Shown piece by piece: positions 57,041 through 64,000 of a DNA stretch of 64,000 bases. The notes below the pieces were generated by a model that saw only the letters and a list, made by a program, of their open reading frames with translations, searched no databases and had not been told where the DNA came from. Source of the DNA: Bacteroidota bacterium (GTDB taxonomy: Bacteria; Bacteroidota; Bacteroidia; Chitinophagales; BACL12); contig JAKQVC010000058.1 in NCBI GenBank assembly GCA_029571985.1, positions 9,150 to 73,149 of the forward strand, given 5' to 3'. Within the stretch, counting starts at the first letter, position 1. Every line of letters begins with the position of its first letter. Position numbers and translations under genes: made by a program.

Positions 57041-58396
57041 ATGGCAAACCTGCTTTTAATTGATGACGAAAAGAGCATTCGTAAAACCCTGAAAGAAATT
57101 CTCGAATACGAAGGATATACAGTAGATGAAGCATCTGATGGTGCTGAAGGCTTTCGTATGATTCAGGAAGGTGATTACGATATCGTATTGTGCGATATCA
57201 AAATGCCTAAAATGGATGGTATGGAAGTGCTCGAAAAAGCACAAATCTCCAATCCGGATGTGCCTTTTATCATGATAAGCGGTCACGGCACCCTCGAAAC
57301 TGCTGTTGAAGCAGTTAAAAAAGGCGCCTTCGATTATGTGGCTAAACCACCTGATCTCAATCGTTTGCTCATTACCATCCGCAATGCGCTCGATAAATCT
57401 AATTTGATTACTGAAACCAAAGTACTCAAACGTAAAGTCAGCAAAACACGCGAAATCATCGGCGATTCTCCTGCCATCATGAAGATTAAGGAAACCATCG
57501 ATCGCGTTGCGCCAACAGATGCTCGCGTATTGATTACCGGTGATAATGGAACTGGAAAAGAATTAGTTGCTCGCTGGATTCACGAACGCAGTAACCGCGC
57601 TGCCGGACCTTTGGTTGAAGTAAACTGCGCAGCTATACCAAGCGAATTAATTGAATCTGAATTATTCGGTCACGAAAAAGGCGCATTTACTTCTGCAATT
57701 AAACAACGCATCGGAAAATTTGAATCTGCTAATGGCGGAACATTATTCCTCGATGAAATTGGCGATATGAGTCACAGCGCCCAGGCTAAAGTTTTAAGGG
57801 CTTTGCAGGAAAATAAAATAACACGTGTTGGCGGTGATAAAGAAATTTCGGTTGACGTACGTGTGGTGGCTGCAACCAATAAAGACTTGTTAAAAGAAGT
57901 TGAGCAAAATAATTTCCGTCTCGACCTCTACCACCGTTTAAGTGTAATCCTGATTCATGTACCTTCACTCAACGACCGCAAAGATGATATTCCGCTGTTA
58001 GCTGAACGCTTTGTTAAAGAAATTTGTGAAGATTATGGTGTGCCCAAAAAAGTAATTACACCAAAAGCGATGCTCGAAATTCAAAACATCAACTTTACCG
58101 GAAATATTCGGGAGTTGCGCAACGTTATCGAGCGATTGGTGATTCTTTCAGACCAGAAAATAACAGACGAAGATGTGCTGAATTACGCCCATACACCTAA
58201 AAGCGGCGGTAGTCCGAAAGATTTATATGAGCGTTTTGAAAAATTTCAGGACTTCAAAGATTTTGTTGAACGCGAGTTTATCTTACATCGCCTGAATAAA
58301 AATAATTGGAACGTGTCTAAAACTGCCGAAGAACTGGATATCCAACGCAGTCACCTCTACAATAAAATAGAAAAGTATAATTTGAAGAGAGATTAA
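57041..58396 (+). CDS. sigma-54-dependent Fis-family response regulator (NtrC class)
   Basis: REC domain (LLIDDE...D.KMP.MDG), an AAA+ domain with [14 protein letters not shown] (GAFTGA variant), the [13 protein letters not shown] and RLDLYHRL motifs, and a C-terminal Fis HTH. Confidence 0.9.
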   Translation: MANLLLIDDEKSIRKTLKEILEYEGYTVDEASDGAEGFRMIQEGDYDIVLCDIKMPKMDGMEVLEKAQISNPDVPFIMISGHGTLETAVEAVKKGAFDYVAKPPDLNRLLITIRNALDKSNLITETKVLKRKVSKTREIIGDSPAIMKIKETIDRVAPTDARVLITGDNGTGKELVARWIHERSNRAAGPLVEVNCAAIPSELIESELFGHEKGAFTSAIKQRIGKFESANGGTLFLDEIGDMSHSAQAKVLRALQENKITRVGGDKEISVDVRVVAATNKDLLKEVEQNNFRLDLYHRLSVILIHVPSLNDRKDDIPLLAERFVKEICEDYGVPKKVITPKAMLEIQNINFTGNIRELRNVIERLVILSDQKITDEDVLNYAHTPKSGGSPKDLYERFEKFQDFKDFVEREFILHRLNKNNWNVSKTAEELDIQRSHLYNKIEKYNLKRD

Positions 58397-58407
58397 AGTC
58401 TGCACAT

Positions 58408-58599
58408 ATGGCAAAATCCGGTAACAATAAAAAACAAAACATCCGGCAATCTGCACATCAGCAAGCTCCCTTAGATGCGCCCCCGGCAATGAAGTCAGAT
58501 GATAGCCTGGCCCAAAACCTGCTCAACATGGGTATAGGTGTTTTGAGCGTGATCATCATGGCTTTAATTGTAATTGCCATGATTCAATTTGTAGGATAA
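58408..58599 (+). CDS. hypothetical small membrane protein
   Basis: 63-aa ORF starting 11 nt after the regulator stop. It has a basic N-terminus and one C-terminal TM helix. There is no family support. Confidence 0.4.
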   Translation: MAKSGNNKKQNIRQSAHQQAPLDAPPAMKSDDSLAQNLLNMGIGVLSVIIMALIVIAMIQFVG

Positions 58600-59520
58600 T
58601 TAACGTTCAATGGCGGTTGTTCGTCCTTCTATAGCTAAAATGCTGAGAGGAAAAACAGATTGTGCTTCCCGCAATAACACTTGCAGGTCGTCATACTTAG
58701 AAGAAAAATGACCAATCATCAACCGGGCAACACCTGCCTGCTGAGCAATACGTGCCGCCTGAATGGTAGTGGAGTGAAAAGTATCCGCAGCGCGCTGCTC
58801 GCTGTCTTCTGCAAATGTGCAATCGTGATATAATAAATCTACACCCTGAATATAGGGAACAATATTCGGGAAATAGGCAGTGTCACAACAATAAGCATAA
58901 CTGCGCGGACGAGGTGGGTCTGTTGTAATTTCGCTGTTTAATATACGCTTGCCGGTACCTTCATCTAAAATATCTTTTCCGGCTTTAATATCCGGAATGA
59001 ATTCTACAGGTATTTGATACTCAGCTAATTTTTCGCGAATAATTTTTCGCTGACGTTGTTTCTCGCGAAAAATAAATCCTAAGCAGGGTATACGATGATT
59101 GAGCACAACTGTGTCAACCGTAATATCTTCATTTTCATAAATGCGTTCTGACTGTTCCGGATTTAATTCATGAAAACGCAATTCATACATCAATTCAGTT
59201 TGTCCGGCAATGAGTTGATCCCGGATAATCGATTCTAAACCTGGGGGACTATAAATATCTAAGGGCCGATTTCTGCGCATGAGATGGCAGGTAGAAACAA
59301 CGCCAATCAATCCAAAAAAATGATCACCGTGCAGATGGGAGATAAATATCTGATTAACCCGCATCCACTTCACACCAAATTCGTTGAGCCGCATTTGCGT
59401 GCCTTCTCCACAATCAATCAGGTAAACTTTATCATTAATGGTTACCACCTGCGCACTCGGATGACGCCCGTGTGCAGGAATCGCAGAATTGCTTCCGATA
59501 ACCGTTACGGAAAATGACAT
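58600..59520 (-). CDS. rnz: ribonuclease Z
   Basis: Metallo-beta-lactamase motif ISHLHGDH, GS....P...R..S, and a C-terminal HFS. Confidence 0.9.
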   Translation of the reverse strand: MSFSVTVIGSNSAIPAHGRHPSAQVVTINDKVYLIDCGEGTQMRLNEFGVKWMRVNQIFISHLHGDHFFGLIGVVSTCHLMRRNRPLDIYSPPGLESIIRDQLIAGQTELMYELRFHELNPEQSERIYENEDITVDTVVLNHRIPCLGFIFREKQRQRKIIREKLAEYQIPVEFIPDIKAGKDILDEGTGKRILNSEITTDPPRPRSYAYCCDTAYFPNIVPYIQGVDLLYHDCTFAEDSEQRAADTFHSTTIQAARIAQQAGVARLMIGHFSSKYDDLQVLLREAQSVFPLSILAIEGRTTAIER

Positions 59521-59523
59521 GCC

Positions 59524-59895
59524 TTACTCGTTACCAATCTCGCGCTCAATTTCTTCCATCAGGATGAAATCCGTAGCCTCCGATTCAGTTGGAACAATGT
59601 TTAATATGGTATCCAGCTGACTGATTTTCACCAGTTTAATGGTGGAATCGTTGCAACCAATCAAAACAAAGGTGCCATTGCTGTCTTTACACAAACGATG
59701 CCCGATTAACAAAGCGCTCAATCCTGAGCTATCTATAAAGGTAACCTCGCTGAGGTCGCATATGATATTGCGATAGCCTTCCTGGTTCAAAATCACCAAT
59801 TCGCTCTTCAAATTGGCTGAAATGATGGAGTCTAAACGGTTTTCGTCTAGTTTGAATATGCAGTACCGCTCCTTTTTGTCCACTGTAAACTTCAT
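59524..59895 (-). CDS. STAS-domain protein (anti-sigma-factor-antagonist-like)
   Basis: ~120 aa with the F.DSSGLSAL motif. Confidence 0.8.
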   Translation of the reverse strand: MKFTVDKKERYCIFKLDENRLDSIISANLKSELVILNQEGYRNIICDLSEVTFIDSSGLSALLIGHRLCKDSNGTFVLIGCNDSTIKLVKISQLDTILNIVPTESEATDFILMEEIEREIGNE

Positions 59896-60111
59896 AAGTT
59901 CTCTATTGGGTGTAAAAATAAACTATACCCTCCGAAGGTAGGTAATCAAAATTTTCGCCAAATTTGTTTGTTCATGCCAGCGTAAAGGGAATTATTCTGC
60001 CCTAATGCCATGTTTACGCAATATAATCATTGGCAGAACAACATATTGGGCTCGGTTATTGTTATTTTGTCAGGAAACAGGAATTGGTAGAATTATTGAA
60101 CAAAGTTTAGA

Positions 60112-62718
60112 ATGGACGCAAAATTTTCTCCTAAAGTAAAAGAGGTCATCTCCTACAGCCGCGAAGAAGCCCTTCGTCTGGGTCATGACCACATCGGCAC
60201 AGAGCATCTGCTGCTGGGCCTCATCCGCGATGGCGACGGATTGGCTATCAAAGTGCTGCTGAGCCTTGAGGTGGATATCGCCATGCTCCGCAAGAGCATT
60301 GAGGATGCCATCCGCGACAAAGCCTCGCGACAGCCATTTAACGCTGGAAGCCTCCCGCTAACCAAACAGGCTGAAAAAGTGCTCAAAATAACCGTTTTGG
60401 AGGCCAAAGTCCTCAAAAGCGATACCATAGGCACCGAACACCTGATGTTGTCAATTCTCAAGAATAAAGACAATATCGCTACGCAGATATTAGGACAATT
60501 TGACGTAGACTATGACGTATTTCGTCAGGAACTCGATTTTGTTCGCCAGGATGGTGGCCTCCGAGATACACCTCCAACCAATCAGAATGAGGATGAACCT
60601 TATGAAGAGGAAGAAAAGGGCGACAGAGGCTTCAGCGTACCCCGTAAACCGGGCGCTGCCAAGTCGAAAACGCCGGTACTCGACAATTTTGGTCGCGATG
60701 TAACCCGAGCTGCTGAAGAGGGCCGACTGGATCCTATCGTTGGTCGCCAGGAAGAAATTGAACGTGTCAGCCAAATATTGAGTCGCAGAAAGAAAAATAA
60801 TCCTATCCTCATTGGCGAACCCGGTGTGGGTAAAACGGCTATCGTTGAAGGCCTTGCTCTGCGCATTATTCAGCGAAAAGTTTCCCGTGTATTGTTCGAT
60901 AAGCGTATTATCATGCTCGACCTCGCAGCGCTGGTTGCCGGTACAAAATATCGCGGTCAGTTTGAAGAACGCATGAAAGCTATCATGAACGAACTGGAGA
61001 AAAATCGCGATGTCATTTTATTCATCGACGAAATTCATACCATCGTTGGTGCCGGCGGTGCAACCGGTTCATTAGACGCTTCTAATATCTTTAAACCGGC
61101 GCTTGCCCGCGGCGAGTTGCAATGTATAGGTGCTTCCACATTGGATGAGTATCGTCAATACATCGAAAAAGATGGCGCGCTCGACCGTCGTTTCCAAAAA
61201 GTACTGGTTGATCCGCCAACTCCGGAAGAAACCATGGAAATTCTCGGAAATATCAAATCGAAATATGAGGAGTTTCACAATGTTATGTATTCCGATGAGG
61301 CCATCAAAGCCTGTGTTACCCTCAGCACCCGATATATCACCGACAGGTATTTACCGGACAAAGCCATTGACGTGCTCGACGAGGTTGGTGCCCGTGTGCA
61401 TTTGAAAAATATTAATGTTCCCGAAGAAATCGTAAAACTGGAAGGCGAAATCGAAGGCATTAAAGAAGAAAAAAATCGTGTTGTTAAAAGTCAACGCTAT
61501 GAAGAAGCAGCAAAACTGCGTGATACTGAAAAGCGTTTACTCGAAGAACTCGACCGTGCAAAAACGAAATGGGAAGAACAGGTAAAATCTGAACGTTATC
61601 CGGTTACGGAAGACGATATTGCTGAGGTAGTTGCCATGATGACCGGTATTCCAACCAAACGCATCGCACAAAGCGAAGGCACTAAGTTGGTGGGGATGTC
61701 TGATGAATTGAAACGCGGCGTAATCGGTCAGGATGATGCAATTGTAAAAATTACACGTGCCATCCAGCGAAATCGTGTAGGTTTAAAAGACCCGAAAAAA
61801 CCAATTGGTTCATTTATTTTCCTCGGTCCTACCGGTGTCGGAAAAACAGAATTAGCTAAAGTTTTAAGCGAATATTTATTCGATTCAAAAGATGCATTAA
61901 TCCGCATCGATATGAGCGAATACATGGAAAAATTCAGCGTTTCCAGATTAATCGGTGCGCCTCCGGGATATGTGGGTTACGAAGAGGGTGGACAGCTTAC
62001 TGAAAAAGTACGACGCAAACCATATTCCGTAATTCTGCTCGATGAAATTGAGAAAGCACATCCGGATATTTTTAATATTCTTCTGCAAGTGCTGGATGAT
62101 GGTATTCTGACCGATGGTTTAGGACGTAAAGTGGATTTTAAAAATACACTGATCATCATGACCTCCAATATCGGTGCGCGTCAGTTGAAAGATTTCGGAA
62201 CAGGTGTTGGTTTCAGTACGCAGGCAAAACAAATGGCGCAGGAAGAAAATACGAAAAGCGTTATTGAAACGGCCTTAAAGCGTACTTTCTCGCCAGAGTT
62301 TTTGAATCGTATTGATGATGTGGTTATATTTAATTCACTGTCACGTGAAGATATCTTCCGCATTATCGACATCAGTCTGCGCGATGTTACGAAACGTCTG
62401 GCAGTACTCAATTATACGTTGCAACTGGAAGAAAGTGCAAAAGACTTCCTGAGCGAACGCGGATATGATCCACAGTTTGGTGCACGCCCTCTGCATCGTG
62501 CTATCCAGAAATATCTGGAAGACCCTCTGGCAGAAAGTATCCTTGCCGGAAAATTCAAGGAAGGAGATACCTTACTGGTTGAGTACGATAAAGAACAGGG
62601 AAGCATTGTTATTAATCCTGCCGGTGAAAAAGAAGTAGAAAAAGAAAAGAAAAAAGGCAAAGGCAAGGATAAAAAAGAACAAGAGGATAAAAAAGAACAG
62701 GAAGAAGAAACAACCTGA
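60112..62718 (+). CDS. clpC: ATP-dependent Clp protease ATP-binding subunit (ClpC type)
   Basis: Clp_N repeats, two AAA+ modules (GEPGVGKTA and GPTGVGKTE), a UVR-like motif (YEEAAKLRD) and a Lys/Glu-rich tail. Confidence 0.95.
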   Translation: MDAKFSPKVKEVISYSREEALRLGHDHIGTEHLLLGLIRDGDGLAIKVLLSLEVDIAMLRKSIEDAIRDKASRQPFNAGSLPLTKQAEKVLKITVLEAKVLKSDTIGTEHLMLSILKNKDNIATQILGQFDVDYDVFRQELDFVRQDGGLRDTPPTNQNEDEPYEEEEKGDRGFSVPRKPGAAKSKTPVLDNFGRDVTRAAEEGRLDPIVGRQEEIERVSQILSRRKKNNPILIGEPGVGKTAIVEGLALRIIQRKVSRVLFDKRIIMLDLAALVAGTKYRGQFEERMKAIMNELEKNRDVILFIDEIHTIVGAGGATGSLDASNIFKPALARGELQCIGASTLDEYRQYIEKDGALDRRFQKVLVDPPTPEETMEILGNIKSKYEEFHNVMYSDEAIKACVTLSTRYITDRYLPDKAIDVLDEVGARVHLKNINVPEEIVKLEGEIEGIKEEKNRVVKSQRYEEAAKLRDTEKRLLEELDRAKTKWEEQVKSERYPVTEDDIAEVVAMMTGIPTKRIAQSEGTKLVGMSDELKRGVIGQDDAIVKITRAIQRNRVGLKDPKKPIGSFIFLGPTGVGKTELAKVLSEYLFDSKDALIRIDMSEYMEKFSVSRLIGAPPGYVGYEEGGQLTEKVRRKPYSVILLDEIEKAHPDIFNILLQVLDDGILTDGLGRKVDFKNTLIIMTSNIGARQLKDFGTGVGFSTQAKQMAQEENTKSVIETALKRTFSPEFLNRIDDVVIFNSLSREDIFRIIDISLRDVTKRLAVLNYTLQLEESAKDFLSERGYDPQFGARPLHRAIQKYLEDPLAESILAGKFKEGDTLLVEYDKEQGSIVINPAGEKEVEKEKKKGKGKDKKEQEDKKEQEEETT

Positions 62719-62759
62719 TGTTTCCGATTTGTCCTTGAATCGGATATTTGTAAAATACA

Positions 62760-62793
62760 AGAGGCTGTCGCATGAAAAGTGACAGCCTCTTTT
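62760..62793 (+). terminator. rho-independent terminator after clpC
   Basis: Stem AGAGGCTGTC / GACAGCCTCT (62760-62769 and 62781-62790) followed by TTT. It is preceded by a second small hairpin, TCCGATT/AATCGGA. Confidence 0.65.
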
Positions 62794-62918
62794 GTTATGT
62801 AGTACATCCTCAGATTATCACCTGAGAAAACGTATCTGATTATTTTACAATCAATGTCTGATGGGCTTTTACATATGTACCAAATCAGGTAAAAGCCCGG
62901 GCGTTCATGTTGTTGTAG

Positions 62919-63746
62919 TTATTTTGATTCCGTTTCGTTACTCAACATGTCCATGATTTCCTGGCTTACACCAACTGAGCTGAATCCGCCATCATGATAC
63001 AGGTTTTGCATGGTAATCATCTTACTCATATCGCTGAATAAAAACACGCAATAATCAGCACAGGCATCCGCACTCGCATTACCAAGTGGTGAAAGTTTAT
63101 CAGCATAATTAAAGAAGGCATCAAAACCCTTAACACCACTTCCTGCAGTTGTCCAGGTTGGCGATTGCGAAATGGTATTTACACGCACTTTTTTGTTTTT
63201 GCCGTAGTGATAGCCGAAACTGCGCGCAATGCTTTCGAGCGTTGCTTTCGCTTCAGCCATATCGCTATAGCTTGGGAAGGTGCGTTGAGCTGCTATATAG
63301 GTTAATCCTACAACGCTTCCCCACTCGCTGATAGCATCTTTTTGGTAAGCTACCTGCATAACCTTGTGAAACGAAATAGCCGAAACATCCAGCGTTTTCA
63401 TCAGAAAGTCATAACTCAAATCAGTATATGGTTTGCTTTTACGCACGTTCGGGCTCATACCGATGGAATGGAGGATAAAGTCAATCTTACCACCCAATAC
63501 TTCCATTGACCTGTCAATGAGTTTTTCAAGATCTTCAACCACAGTAGCATCAGCTGGAATGATTTCCGTTTTGCAGCGTTCTGCTAACTGGTTTATGGCT
63601 CCCATACGCATGGCAATCGGAGCATTGGTTAATGTGAAGGTTGCGCCTTCAGCATAGCATTTTTCAGCTACTTTCCAGGCGATAGAACTTTCATCCAAAG
63701 CGCCGAATATGATACCGCGCTTTCCTTTAAGCAGATTGTGAGACAT
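62919..63746 (-). CDS. fabI: enoyl-[acyl-carrier-protein] reductase (NADH), FabI
   Basis: SDR fold with the SIAW motif, HSIG, Y......K (SYSDMAEAKA) and a typical length. Confidence 0.95.
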   Translation of the reverse strand: MSHNLLKGKRGIIFGALDESSIAWKVAEKCYAEGATFTLTNAPIAMRMGAINQLAERCKTEIIPADATVVEDLEKLIDRSMEVLGGKIDFILHSIGMSPNVRKSKPYTDLSYDFLMKTLDVSAISFHKVMQVAYQKDAISEWGSVVGLTYIAAQRTFPSYSDMAEAKATLESIARSFGYHYGKNKKVRVNTISQSPTWTTAGSGVKGFDAFFNYADKLSPLGNASADACADYCVFLFSDMSKMITMQNLYHDGGFSSVGVSQEIMDMLSNETESK

Positions 63747-63834
63747 TTTCCGGTTAGTATAGTGAGCGGCTAAATTAACGATAATTCGCTAAAAGCGCTC
63801 CATACGACCTGGCTGAAGGGTGCCCGATAGTGGC

Positions 63835-64000
63835 TTATTCCTGTTGTTTGATTTTTATCCGGTTCTTCTTATGCTTACGTGCTTCGTAAGCAATAGCCTT
63901 ATACTTATAGGCCAGCATTAACAATGCGCCCTGCGTTTCTTCTTTGCTTTGTGGTGTGTCGGAAATGCTGTAATTACCTTTTTGACTGATGCCGGTTAAT
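63835..64000 (-). CDS. 3' end of an unidentified gene continuing beyond the window
   Basis: Open frame on the minus strand to the window edge, ending ...AYKYKAIAYEARKHKKNRIKIKQQE then TAA (63835-63837). Only 54 codons are visible and there is no family assignment. Confidence 0.3.
   Translation of the reverse strand, partial: LTGISQKGNYSISDTPQSKEETQGALLMLAYKYKAIAYEARKHKKNRIKIKQQE

Noticed and set aside
59946-59960. Sigma-54-like -24/-12 element TGGCGAAAATTTTGA on the minus strand upstream of the STAS-rnz genes
   Set aside because: The spacing is right, but the highly conserved -12 GC is GA and the -24 element reads TGGCG rather than TGGCA. It is too weak to call without data.
62863-62898. 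Perfect 10-bp hairpin GGGCTTTTAC / GTAAAAGCCC downstream of fabI
   Set aside because: It is plausibly the fabI terminator, but no U-run follows on the minus strand. I left it unannotated because the evidence is only a stem.

Overview
The window is a 64-kb chromosomal region of a Bacteroidota-type genome. The evidence is several proteins with T9SS type A or type B C-terminal sorting domains, a PorP/SprF gene, a four-helix-bundle (23S IVS-type) gene and mostly SD-less starts. I support about 52 protein genes. Most are housekeeping: surE, lpxB, gpmI, nadC, dnaE, trxA, hppD, hmgA, dnaX, smpB, pcm, rnz, clpC, fabI, mntR/mntH, a PDH-type E2, an M16 peptidase and a sigma-54 activator. There is also one tRNA-Ala(GGC) and a type A RNase P RNA (rnpB). 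I saw no transposase, integrase, phage gene, CRISPR array or recognisable defence gene. The unusual content is non-coding. (1) The 1-kb gap upstream of rnpB holds two convergent arrays of a 51-52 bp repeat headed by a GC hairpin. (2) A dispersed family of 7-8 nt tandem repeats, often on G-free tracts of 85-120 nt, fills several intergenic spacers. (3) A four-helix-bundle gene sits between hmgA and hppD, flanked by inverted GATTAGCC octamers. (4) A 55-bp repeat carries a perfect 16-bp palindrome. (5) dnaX has two A9 runs just after the clamp-loader core, each followed by an immediate TGA stop in the -1 frame (the first also in +1), which suggests tau/gamma production by slippage. Protein calls rest on motif recognition by eye only. 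No database search or RNA folding was run.
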